This document shows positions 26,202-37,241 of a DNA stretch of 64,000 nucleotides, in pieces. This stretch comes from Balanoglossus misakiensis (taxonomy: Eukaryota; Animalia; Hemichordata): assembly GCA_040954595.2 (NCBI GenBank), contig CM082581.2, forward strand, positions 2,038,699-2,102,698. Reading direction: 5' to 3'. Below the pieces are notes generated by a model that made no database searches, was not told where the DNA came from, and saw only the letters and a program-made list of their open reading frames with translations. Positions within the stretch are counted from its first letter, which is position 1; the number at the start of each line of letters is the position of its first letter. Position numbers and translations under genes: made by a program.

Positions 26202-26300
26202 CTTGTTTTGTATGTTAGCATCAGCTTTGTGTTCCAATAACAATCTGACAAGGCCTTTGCCAACCCTCCTTGCTGCATAATGCAAAGGGGTGTCTCCTGT
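26202..26300 (-). CDS. Ankyrin cassette exon 5: TGDTPLHYAARRVGKGLVRLLLEHKADANIQNK
   Basis: 99 nt, GTAAAG donor. Confidence 0.9.
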
Positions 26301-26471
26301 CTGTAAGTAATGAAGGAGGAGCATGAGAATAATGTCACAAAATTGAAATGTAATGTGAAATTTCCTTAACCAAACAAACAAACAAACAAACAAATAGACA
26401 AACACACAATAAAATGAATAAATATATCCGCATTGATAGAATTAACCTGCAGAAGTCAAGTTGGTATTTAC

Positions 26472-26573
26472 CTCGTTTTGTATGGTCACATCAGCTTTGT
26501 GTTCCAATAACAATCTGACAAGGCCTTCACCACCATCCCTCCTTGCTGCATAATGCAAAGGGGTGTCTCCTGT
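26472..26573 (-). CDS. Ankyrin cassette exon 4: TGDTPLHYAARRDGGEGLVRLLLEHKADVTIQNE
   Basis: 102 nt; a LINE is inserted 33 nt upstream of the exon start. Confidence 0.9.
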
Positions 26574-26738
26574 CTGTAAGTAATGAAGGAGGAGCATGAG
26601 AATAATAGCGCCATATTGGAGTGGACGTGTCAGCATCGTCTCCTGCCTGCTCGTATAACTTTTTCAAAATATCCCGTTAAAACTTCAAGATTCACAGTAA
26701 CTCCAAGTCTAAGCGAAGGGTAATATCAAACTACAAAG

Positions 26739-27932
26739 ATGGGTATCAGTTTGCAACTTTGGAGAGGACGCATCGGCGGGTTTTCACAACCAAATTCCTG
26801 GAAGTGTGTCGAAAGTCATAGCGGTGACGTGTCGCAACGGACAAGGTATTCACGTTGGCCACCTGTTCTTGACTATCTGTGCAGAACTACAGCAACAGTT
26901 TTCATTATTGAACTGACGTTGTTGGTTGGTTCTCTGCTATCTAAAATTGAAATGGACAACCTAGCCAGCTTTTCAACCAATGAAGATATCAACAGTTTTA
27001 TGGAATACGAACATGTCATGGTTTTTGAACAGCGTATGGTTACCAATGCCATTGCAACAGCAGGTCTGCAAGGCAACACAGTATTCGTACCCCTTCTTTT
27101 GACTTTGAGTGGAGACATTGAATTAAACCCAGGACCTCCAAAAGCGGTTAAGCAGGTAAAATTGACAGAATGTACTGGTACTCAAAGAGAACTCAGGTCA
27201 AATTCGACTCCAACAGTGAGCGAACCGGAGGCCCCAAAAGAAACCAGTCTAGCCGATGTCATACGCGAAATTCGAGAACTCAAAGTCGACCTGAAAACAC
27301 AGATTGATACTTCGGTTCACGATGTTCATGATAGAGTTGACGAGTTGAAGGATGAAGTGAATCGTTTGCGGAGCAAACTGAGAGAAAATTACCAGGAAAC
27401 TGCTCGATTAGCGGAAGAGAACAAGTATTTAAAAGACAATATAAGCACGGTGTTAAGGGAACTCGACGATGTCAAAGGTAGGATGAAACGGGATAATCTG
27501 TTATTCCACAATATCGAACAGTCGCCTAATGAAACTTGGGACGATACCGAAAACAAAGTGAAGACATTTTTGTCGGAGAAACTAGACCTAGATGGTAGCA
27601 GCTTTGAATTCGACGGGGTTCATCGTCTATCTAATGCGAAAGGTCATCCCCAGCCTATTGTTGCCAAATTCACACGCTTTAAACAACGGGAACAAGTCTT
27701 ACAGAAAGCACGAGGGAGTCTCAAGAACACAAACTTTCGGGTTTCCGAAGACTTTACTCCAAGGGTACGGGAGACTAGGAGGAAGCTTGGACAGTTTCTA
27801 CAGAAAGCAAGAGAAGAAGGTAAACGCGCATTTTTGAATTATGACAAGCTAAAGATCGATGGAACTCTATATATTTTCGACGATTCGCTGAATGACATTC
27901 GCCCTTTTAACAGAAATCATCGCGATCGCTAG
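26739..27932 (+). CDS. LINE ORF1: hydrophobic N-terminus, 2A-like peptide, coiled coil, L1-type RRM/CTD
   Basis: 397-aa ORF; LLLTLSGDIELNPGP; heptad region; RDNLLFHNI, VHRL, PIVAKF and VSEDF motifs. Confidence 0.9.
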   Translation: MGISLQLWRGRIGGFSQPNSWKCVESHSGDVSQRTRYSRWPPVLDYLCRTTATVFIIELTLLVGSLLSKIEMDNLASFSTNEDINSFMEYEHVMVFEQRMVTNAIATAGLQGNTVFVPLLLTLSGDIELNPGPPKAVKQVKLTECTGTQRELRSNSTPTVSEPEAPKETSLADVIREIRELKVDLKTQIDTSVHDVHDRVDELKDEVNRLRSKLRENYQETARLAEENKYLKDNISTVLRELDDVKGRMKRDNLLFHNIEQSPNETWDDTENKVKTFLSEKLDLDGSSFEFDGVHRLSNAKGHPQPIVAKFTRFKQREQVLQKARGSLKNTNFRVSEDFTPRVRETRRKLGQFLQKAREEGKRAFLNYDKLKIDGTLYIFDDSLNDIRPFNRNHRDR

Positions 27933-30900
27933 GGGTCAGGCCGAAGCCGCAATACACGGTATGATGCAGACACGAGTAACACCAGCTTATATTCTGAACA
28001 TGGCAAAGATACTGACACTCAGTTTATTTGCTGGAACATTAATGGTTTAAAATCTAAATTTCTTGACGGCGGATTTCATGTCTTTTTTGACAAAATCGGA
28101 TTTTGGTGTAATTTGCCTGACGGAAACGTGGGCTTGTACTTCAGATCAGTTTTCTATTCCCAATTACACTTCTATCAACCTTGCTAGAAAAAAGATTATG
28201 CATTTAGGAAGATTTTCAGGGGGTATTTCAGTTTTTGTCAAGAACTCAATATGCAAAAGCTTCCAACAGCTGCCAAGTTTGTCCGAGGATTTTCTATGGG
28301 TAAAGCTGTTTCTCAAAGATAACTTTCAAATTAATTCATTGTTAATGTGTGTTGTCTACTTCTCACCAGAAGGGTCATCTCAATATGCAAATCCAGAAAT
28401 GTTCCAATTGTTAGAAAATGAATTAGCAAAATATTCAACCATTCACGAAGGCTCGCCTGTAATTTTATGCGGCGATTTTAATGCCCGCACAGGCTGTGTC
28501 TCTGATACTATCGAATGGGATTCCAGGTGTTTGCCAGTGGATGACAGTGACGTAGATCCACCTTTGCCAATACGAGAGTCAAGAGATTCATCAGTTAATG
28601 ATTATGGTAAACGGTTACTGGATTTTTGTCACAGCACAAATTTTAAAATTGTTAATGGGAGATTTTTTAAGAATCATGGAAGTGGTGAGTATACATTTCT
28701 TTCCAAAAGCGGGGGCAGTGTGATAGATTACCTTTTGTTATCTTGTCATGATCTTCACCTGTTAACAGATATGTATATTGATTCTAGGGTTGAATCAGAC
28801 CACCAACCACTGATATTTAAATTAGACCTGTCTCACCAAGAGAGAACAAGTCTTACGTCTGATTATAACAATGTTAATAACTCTTCTATATTTACTTGTA
28901 AATGGGATAATAAGTTACTCAATGTAGTTAACAACTTTTGGAACAGCGCATCTTCAAACTCACATGTGTCTGAAATCAATGGGCTTCTCTCTTGAGGGGA
29001 AATAGACAATGCTGCGCTTTGTCTGAGGGATACAATTTGGAACTCACTTTCATGTATGAAAACAGGTGGCATGGGTAGACGAGTGAAAAAGACGAATAAT
29101 TGGTGGGATGATGAATGCCGTGAATTTAAAGCCAAAGTTAAGAATGTCCTTAGAAACCATAAATATAGTCCCACCCCTATTTCATTCGGTGTCTATAAAT
29201 CCATCCAGCGAGATTATCACAACCTGCTGAAAGAAAAGAAAAGGAACTATGATATATTGAAACAACGTAATTTTGCCGAAGCCGCCAAGGACCCGAATTC
29301 TAAGCGTTTTTGGTCCATGTTGAGACCTTATACCCCGGGTCCCCCTGATTCAATTACTGCTAAGGAATGGGTTGATTACTTTTCTGTTTTATTTAATACT
29401 CCTGGCAATTTACACGACGATTTCCAAGATTTTTATGTGGAAGTCGACGAGTTTGTAAACAATTCGTTTTCATTTCATGATCCTGTATATACGGATGTAG
29501 GCACAGACGTTGATACCAGTGTTCTGGATAGTGAAATATCACTTGAAGAAATAGATTGTGCAATTAATAACCTGAAATTGGGTAAAGCTGCAGGCGTTGA
29601 TGGCATACCTGCGGATTTCTTTAAGTATTCATGCCAAGAATTTAGATTAATTTTGTATAACTTTTTCAATAGTGTTCTCAACTCAGGTATTTTCCCGGAA
29701 GAGTGGGTTAAAGGTATGATTATCCCTCTTTTTAAGAAAGGGGTACATGACTCTGTGTGTAACTATAGGGGAATAACTCTTCTTCCTATTATTGGTAAGA
29801 TTTTTTGCAATGTGATGTTCAAGCGTTTAAATGACTTTGTTGAACTTAATTCGCCAATCACTGAAGCTCAGGCTGGTTTTAGGAAGAACCGCAGCACAAT
29901 TGACAACATTTTTATTTTGGATACTACAATATGGAAATACTTATCCAAACACAAATCACGTTTTTATGGTGCATTCATTGATTTCGAGAAAGCTTTCGAT
30001 AGAATTGATCACAACGCCTTGTTTTATAAATTACTGAAACGTGAAATGAAGAGTAAAATGCTTATAGTGTTAAAATCTATGTACAAATCGGTGAAATCAT
30101 GTGTACGAACACCACATGGGATTACAAACTTTTTCCAGTGTACTTATGGTGTGCAACAAGGATCTGTTTTGTCCCCATTATTATTTAATCTTTTCATCGA
30201 TGATCTTGGCGAAACCCTCAAAAATGGCATGTTTAATGGTGTTTATGTAGGAATTTTGAAGCTCTTGTATCTTTGCTTTGCTGACGATTTAACAATTGTA
30301 AGTAATTCAGTAATTGGACTACAAAGACAGCTTAACAAATTGTGAGAGATGGACATTGAATGGGGTCCAGGTTCAGACAGTACCGTATTTTAACTACCTC
30401 GGTCTGACCTTGTTTTGTTCAGGAATCTGGACAAAGGCTCAAGAAATCCTTGCCAAACAAGGGAAAAAAGCTATGTACAATATTAAAAGATATCTGAGTC
30501 AGTTTAAAAACATAGACATAGAGCTAGCTCTACGAATTTTCGACTGCAAAATTCTTCCAATACTTATGTACGGTAGTGAAGTATGGGGTTTTCATGAGGG
30601 TAAGGATGTTGAAAAAATTCAAATAGATTTCTGTAAATATATACTCATGGTTAGTTCAAGGTCAACCAATTTAGCTGTCTTGGGTGAACTGGGCAGACAA
30701 TCTTTGAAAACGCTTCGTCTACCACGCATTATTAAATACTGGGTAAAATTAATCCATAGCGAAAATTATAGATATACTAAGCAATGTTATGACTACCAAC
30801 GTGAAATGGCAGACAAAGGTTATAATTGTTGGGCCAAAAAGGTCAAAGACCTTTTATTTTCTTTTGGTTTTGGTATTGCCTGGGAGTCACAGGCTGTGGG

Positions 30901-31387
30901 AAACGAGTGTCTTTTTCTTTCAAATTTTAAACAAAGATGCCTGGATATTGGTCAGCAGGTATGGCACAGTGAATTGGTCAATTCCACTAAGATGGATTCT
31001 TATCGTCTATTTAAAAATAATTTGTCTTTTGAAAAATATTTGAATTGTGTAAATATTGAGCTATTTAGAGTCACCCTTTGTAAATTTAGAATTTCAAACC
31101 ACAAACTTTTAATAGAGAGTGGCCGCTTTGAAGGGTTAACAAGAGATAACAGAATTTGTCAGTTTTGTACTTTACAGCAAGTTGAAACGGAATTTCACAT
31201 TTGTCTTATTTGCCCCATCTACAAGGAATTAAGAACACGTTTTCTCTCACCATTCCACTATCAGCAACCCTCATTGAAGAAATACTCTAGCCTGTTAAAC
31301 TCTCAAAACCTCCACACCTTAGTTAATCTGGCAAAGTTTATTTATTATAGTTTTAAGTTAAGAGATAATTTATTGCAGGACACTTGA
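27933..31387 (+). pseudogene. LINE ORF2 (APE endonuclease, RT, C-terminal CCHC), disrupted
   Basis: WNINGL, ETW, GDFNA, SDH, QAGFR, FADD and RICQFC...HICLIC motifs; frameshift ~28060, stop 28993-28995, frameshift or deletion ~30340. Confidence 0.92.
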
Positions 31388-31676
31388 TCGCATACACGTC
31401 TATTTCTGTTTTGATGGCATTGTATCTATTATGTCAATGTAAGCCCCACTGCATGTCTGTATATTTATCAGTTTAATTATTGTATGAAGGCCGGTGGCCT
31501 AAGATACTGAAATAAATATATATATATAATGTCACAAAATTGAAATGTAATGTGAAATTTCCTTAAACAAACAAACAAACTAACAAACAAACAAACAAAT
31601 AGACAAAGACACAAACAAATGAATGAATATATCCGCATTGATAGAATTAACCTGCAGACGTCATGTTGGTATTTAC

Positions 31677-31778
31677 CTTGTTTGGTATGGTCACATCAGC
31701 TTTGTGTTCCAATAACAATCTGACAAGGCCTTCACCACGACACCCTCTTACTGCATAATGCAAAGGGGGGTCTCCATT
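31677..31778 (-). CDS. Ankyrin cassette exon 3: NGDPPLHYAVRGCRGEGLVRLLLEHKADVTIPNK
   Basis: 102 nt, same splice context. Confidence 0.88.
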
Positions 31779-34586
31779 CTGTAAGTAATGAAGGAGGAGC
31801 ATGATGAGAATGTCAAGAAAAATGAAATGTAACATGAGGTTATTTTGTTAAAATGAACGATCGAACAAACACACAAACGACAAATAATCGCAAACTCCCT
31901 TGTGGATAATATTAACCAACAGTAAATGGCATTTGAACAGAAACAGTATCGACTCTACACACAAGATGTGTAATTCAGTTTTATACATGCATTTTAACGA
32001 GCTAAAAGAATTCTGACAAAATATCTGCCAGTTGATACAGAAAGAAAAGTTACTATAAATAATTCACAAACAAACTCAAATTTGACAACTTGCAAAACAG
32101 ATAACATTACGGATAACCAATACACCAATTTTAAACTGAACTTTATTTATGATTTTCTATCAAAAAACTGACAGTGATGTGATGTTAGTGAACATTTCCT
32201 GAATGGGACCAATTTATTTTTGCAACCTGCACAATATAGAAGAAGATTTAGCAAACAACTACAGTGACATTTAGTAGAATTGTCAGAAGAATTTTGAATA
32301 ATCACATCTCATCTCCAATATGATGACAAATTTGAGATATGTGGAGATTTATGTGGAAACAGATCAAACATCTGAGCTAACCAAACTATGTTTATTTCCT
32401 GTAGGAGGGCATCAGACTGTTCTCAGCACAAAGTAGCCAAGCTGTGCAGACTGAACGATGTCGATCAAAGGGGAAATAACAGAGAAATTGTATGTGACAA
32501 GGGATAAATCAATCATCATTAAAATAAATTTCTACTGAGTGGTCCAACAATATCAAGTAGAGTTGTGCAATGGTGTCACTCGTTATTTGTAGAAATAGTG
32601 TTTAAATAAAAAAAACTTGAATTTCACCAAAAAAAAACCATCTGAAGAAAGTTAACACTGATTCCCTTTCTCCATCGCACTGCATCAAAAAGTCTAATAA
32701 CCAAAGAAAGACTTCAGTGGACACTGTGGCCAATGGGAATGTGTGGCAAACAAAATTAAATGCAATGAATGCAGTCATTCTTTTCATGTAATATAAAGAA
32801 CAAACAAAATTATCAAAACTCTTCATAAGAGATAACATTGGAAGCCACAGTAGCACTAACTTTCAAGGACATTTGTGTAACCATTCCAGCCGTGCCCCAC
32901 ACTAAAACAGAACAGATTGGACCAGTCACACTTCCCTTAATCCTATTGTTCCCAATGTTTATCTCATCAATATATTTATTGCATGCTTTTAGCACCTTCT
33001 CTCAGGTTCTGGAACCTGGTTGGTTAAAACTTGCTGTTCTGGCCATCTTGATCACCCCCTTTGAAATGATTGGGTAAGTGACAGACAGTGATGAGAAGCT
33101 GAGGAGTGGAGCCGCACAGACCTCATGTTTTATAAGCTTGAGCTATTTCCAAGAGAAAGAGCAATCCAAATGCTGCCGCTGTGTTGCTCAGAATGATGAA
33201 AAAAATCATCCGACTGAACAATTTAATGTTAAAATGTAATATATTTTATAAAGTTTATAAAAGGTAAATTGGGTTGGCACTGTGCTATTAGGCCTGAAGT
33301 ACAAGCTAAAACTGGCCGACTCCTCTCGGCACCGTCAACAAGCACCCCTGCCCCCAGCAAGTCCCCAACTTGACATGTGTGATGTGACCATGGCTGCGCA
33401 TCCGTCCTTCGGTCCTAAAAGTTGCCAAACAAACCCCTTTTTAAAATGGCCCCAATCAGAGCCGCAATGAAAACAAGTTCTTCTGGTAAAGTCTTACTCA
33501 AAATGTTGCTATGACTATAATTCTGACACAAAACTGAGCATGAGTGTGGACTGATTGCATAAACATATTTTGAAAGTACTTCCTGTAAAAAAGGGAGGAG
33601 GCTCCACAAACCAGACTATTTTTGTTTATGTACATGATATACTTGTGCGAGGGTTGTCAACTTGATAGCCATTCTCAAGATTTACAATCATTATAAGAGT
33701 GTACGTATACAAGAAAAGTAAATTCCTGAATATTAAAGGGACAAAGTCTCTCTCTCTCTCGCTTCCCTTTTTCCATTAATTATGTTTGATACAAGACACT
33801 GTTTATGTTATTCTACATGTGTATGTAGTGAATTAACGTTCGACCACACACAAATATGCAAAGGAGAATTTATTAATAAGCCATACCCACCAAAATCTTA
33901 TCAGATCTAGAACTTATCATAACAATGCTACATACAAAATTTCGTATCATTGGATTCAATTTCTCTCAAGATATGAGTGGAACAAAATCTGTCTACAGAA
34001 GGACAGACAGAAATCGCTGTGCCAATAATGAGATTATTATTTAAACCACAAAAGATTGACGATAAACAATGCAATAAACAACAACATCCTTATGTTCAAC
34101 AAGACAGTTTTTGGCAGATGCTGGAGACAATCCCCCTTTCTCATAACTCCAAATTGCTCACAGTGGAGATCAAATGTCTCAGATATAGGAGAGACAATCA
34201 CATCACCATAATGAATCAATACTTGCCTGTGTCTGGACAACACCTGGCCGAGAGGAAGTAGTTTTGATTCAAAGGACAGTGACAAATTATATGGCACCTC
34301 CTTATGATGAATTGTATTAGGTACCAGACAGGAGTTGGCAGATGCTGGAGGCCGACAGACAATCACCCTATCTGATACGTTCTGTGATAGGATTGGCATG
34401 GACTGTCATCAGTCTATCTGTACAACACCTGACCAATGGAGGGAGTAGTTTTGATTCAAAGGGCAATGGACAAATATATACATTGTATCCCAGACACAAT
34501 TTACTAAGAAAACTACAGAGGAAATGGCACTATTGAGAAAGCTCATACTTTTAGAATTTACCTGCAGAAGTCAGGTTGGTATTTAC

Positions 34587-34688
34587 CTTGTTTTGTATGG
34601 TTACATCAGCTTTGTGTTCCAATAACAATCTGACACGGCCTTCACCAACATCCCTCCTTGCTGCAGAGTGCAAAGGGGTGTCTCCCCA
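34587..34688 (-). CDS. Ankyrin cassette exon 2: WGDTPLHSAARRDVGEGRVRLLLEHKADVTIQNK
   Basis: 102 nt, same splice context; not in the ORF track. Confidence 0.88.
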
Positions 34689-34869
34689 CTGTAAGTAATG
34701 AAGGAGGAGCATGAGAACTATGTCACAAAAATTAAACGTAATGTGTAATTTTCCTTAAACAAAAAACATACAAACAAACAAACAAACAAACAAACAAACA
34801 AACAAAAAATGAATGAATAAATCATTCCATACTGATAGATTAACCTGCAGAAGTCAAGTTGGTATTTAC

Positions 34870-34968
34870 CTGGGTTTGTATGGTAACATCAGCTTTGTGT
34901 TCCAATAACAATCTGACACAGCCTTCACCACCAAACCCTGCTGCATCATTCAAAGGGGTGACTCCATC
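34870..34968 (-). CDS. Ankyrin cassette exon 1: DGVTPLNDAAGFGGEGCVRLLLEHKADVTIQTQ
   Basis: 99 nt, same splice context; not in the ORF track. Confidence 0.88.
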
Positions 34969-35789
34969 CTGTAAGTAATGAAGGAGAAGCATGGGAACAA
35001 TGTCACAAAAATTGAAATGTAATATGAGGTTTCTTTAAACAAACAAACAAACAAACAAACCTATAAATAAATAAACAAATATCAAAAGTATCAGCCATAT
35101 TGCAAAAAACAAGCAAGAATGGCATACTGACTGATTTGAAAGGATAATGCACAGTCCTTCTACACACAAAATGAAAATTGCCGACTGTTAAAATGAATAC
35201 AGATCAAAGAATGACGGTGAAGAATCTCAATTGATTCTAACAGCGAGGAAAACGCTTTGACTGGTCATATAGTTTTTAACATTGGATGTTTTAGACTCCA
35301 TAGCTTAACTAAGGATGGAGGGGATCTGGAAGATTTAAAAAAAGATTGCCAGCAAAATTTCAGAGATGGCTTGAAAAAAAATAAAAATTTGTTAACTTTG
35401 GTGAAACACAAAAAAATGCATCAAAATTTACTTTCTGGAACATATTTATTCATTCGGAACAAATGTGTCAAATACACTATGGTTCAACATCTTTGGCTAA
35501 ATTGTAAAGATTGTTAAATTTAGAGTGCAATGTGTCCCACTGTCCTTCCTATGGCTGGATCCCAAGGGTATCATGGTTAGTAAAACTAAATCAGTATGGG
35601 TAATACTTTTTGGCCTTTCCCTCTTCTTGTTCAGGGTTAGCTTGTTTCTTCCCATTGAATTTGGATCATGCAAAGTAATTTTGGATGAAAATAAGAGTGT
35701 TGTAATTAGGTCTTTTTCAAAGGCATTTTTTTATTATCCAATTGTGTGGCCACATTATCCATAATAAAGTGATAAGTCAGTTCACGTAC

Positions 35790-35888
35790 CTCATCCTTCG
35801 CATTGACATCTGCACCATGGCTAATCAACATCCTGACAGCATCCAATTTACCTTTGAAGGACGCTGCATGCAATGCTGTGGAATCATT
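35790..35888 (-). CDS. Unique ankyrin exon: NDSTALHAASFKGKLDAVRMLISHGADVNAKDE
   Basis: TTCCAG acceptor, GTACGT donor, 99 nt, canonical ankyrin consensus. Confidence 0.88.
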
Positions 35889-36148
35889 CTGGAATAAAGA
35901 CGTTTAATGTTGGAATAAAAATGACATCACAAATCTGATACTTGCAATGTGAGTCAACTGCTTGATCTTTTGATGAGGAAACTCTAGGAATTTCATCACA
36001 ATGAGCTTCAGTCACTATTGTAATAATGGTTTTGATTACGATGGTGTGTTATTTCAGTAATAGACTGATATAGATTTGATTCTGAAAGATCATAATAATA
36101 GTATTTTCTAAGGTTGAGTGACAATTCTCTATGACCAAAACACATGTA

Positions 36149-36318
36149 CAGTAAAACCCGTCTAATCCAAAGGGACAGAAGAAATTGTTCAGTTTACAGA
36201 CGTTTCTGGTTTGTAAAGGTTCTTTTAACACGTGGTTCTATGTCAAGGGGACAGGAAAATGTGTTCATTATAGACAGTTTTCCAGATACGGCATGTTCCA
36301 TTTCGACAGGTATTACTG
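36149..36318. mobile_element. MITE, pogo/Tigger-like; related copy at ~43719-43869
   Basis: TA|CAGTAAAACCCGTC ... GACAGGTATTACTG|TA. Confidence 0.65.
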
Positions 36319-37142
36319 TATGTGGTTGAACCACATTGAACCAAACTGTAGACTGATACCATGTTCACACTAGGTAAAACTGGAACTGTTGATGAAAAAG
36401 TCTGCACTGAATTGAGATTATTTATATTTGTGGGCTAGTGTAGGTCTGTTTTTGCACAATCTAAATGTGGTGTTGTGATATCATTTTGGGAGTGTGTGGT
36501 ATTTTGGAAGTTCATAGATATCTAGTTGATTCAGTGTTACTGTTGTGTGAAAAGCCAGTCACTCATAACCATTGAAATGTTTCTGAAACGTCTCTGCTCA
36601 AATGCCGGCATAAAATATTACATGTGAACAGTTGAAGTGGTCCTGGAACATTTCAGGGGTTCAGCTAGTGCTACTACAGTAACAGCATCAGGGGTGCTAT
36701 AGAAAGCGGCGTGGCAAACTGCAATGATGTATTTGCAAACAGAATAGTGCGATGGACCTTGAAAAACACCCCAGTTGAGAATTAGTTCTTGCCACAGAGA
36801 ATTTGAAACACCATAGTTGACCCCTAAAAATACTGCTTGCAGCAGACCTCTCCGTGTCTGTAAGTTTATCTTTGTGGAAGAATTGACATTAGGAATATCT
36901 TGTTTGCACCAAGAATCCATTTTATTTCAACAAAATTCGTTATTTTAAAAATATATTTCTATTAAAAGTTGTTACTTACCAAAAACCCAGGCTGTCTATC
37001 GTTATTTTGTTGCACGTAATTGAAATACAGTTTCACACAATTTTTTTAAGTTCCTGCATGCACCGCATGTGAAAAATTAAATATCAAACGCTAGCCCTGA
37101 GCGATGACTCTGTATAAAACATTGGTCAATACGAACACTTAC

Positions 37143-37241
37143 CTGTCCTGGGTATTTACCCCTTGCATTGACATCATATCCATCAGCTATTAGCGACTGA
37201 ATCTTTGCAACATCACCCTTCACTGCGGCATTGATTAGATT
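37143..37241 (-). CDS. N-cap ankyrin exon: NLINAAVKGDVAKIQSLIADGYDVNARGKYPGQ
   Basis: TTACAG acceptor, GTAAGT donor, 99 nt; L..AA..GD...L..G.DVNA pattern. Confidence 0.85.

Larger units (their letters stand above)
26607..31525 (+). mobile_element. Full-length APE-type LINE (RTEX-like), antisense within an ankyrin-array intron
   Basis: ORF1 plus EN-RT ORF2, AATAAA followed by a (TA)n tail; flanks rejoin to the standard intron GAGAATAAT|GTCACAAAA, with a possible ATAAT duplication. Confidence 0.92.
507..37241 (-). pseudogene. Multi-exon ankyrin-repeat + ROC-COR (Roco / DAPK-like) gene, probably inactivated; first exon and 3' end not located
   Basis: Spliced by eye: ankyrin exons, then P-loop GYGGNGKTT, switch I TPTPAID, switch II WDFAGQ, G4 SKAD and COR motif YLHYLGE, with consistent splice phases. 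Lesions at 4192-4194 (TGA), ~4172 (-1) and ~587 (+1). Confidence 0.85.

Noticed and set aside
19669-26636. Ankyrin ORFs of 64-96 aa as separate small genes
   Set aside because: Their flanking residues (MLLLHYLQ, VNTNLTSAG) are translated intron around AG/GT sites; these are exons.
36980-36991. Possible 12-nt microexon (PGFL) between the first two ankyrin exons
   Set aside because: Good GTAAGT donor and frame-preserving, but the acceptor lacks a pyrimidine tract; not supportable without RNA data.
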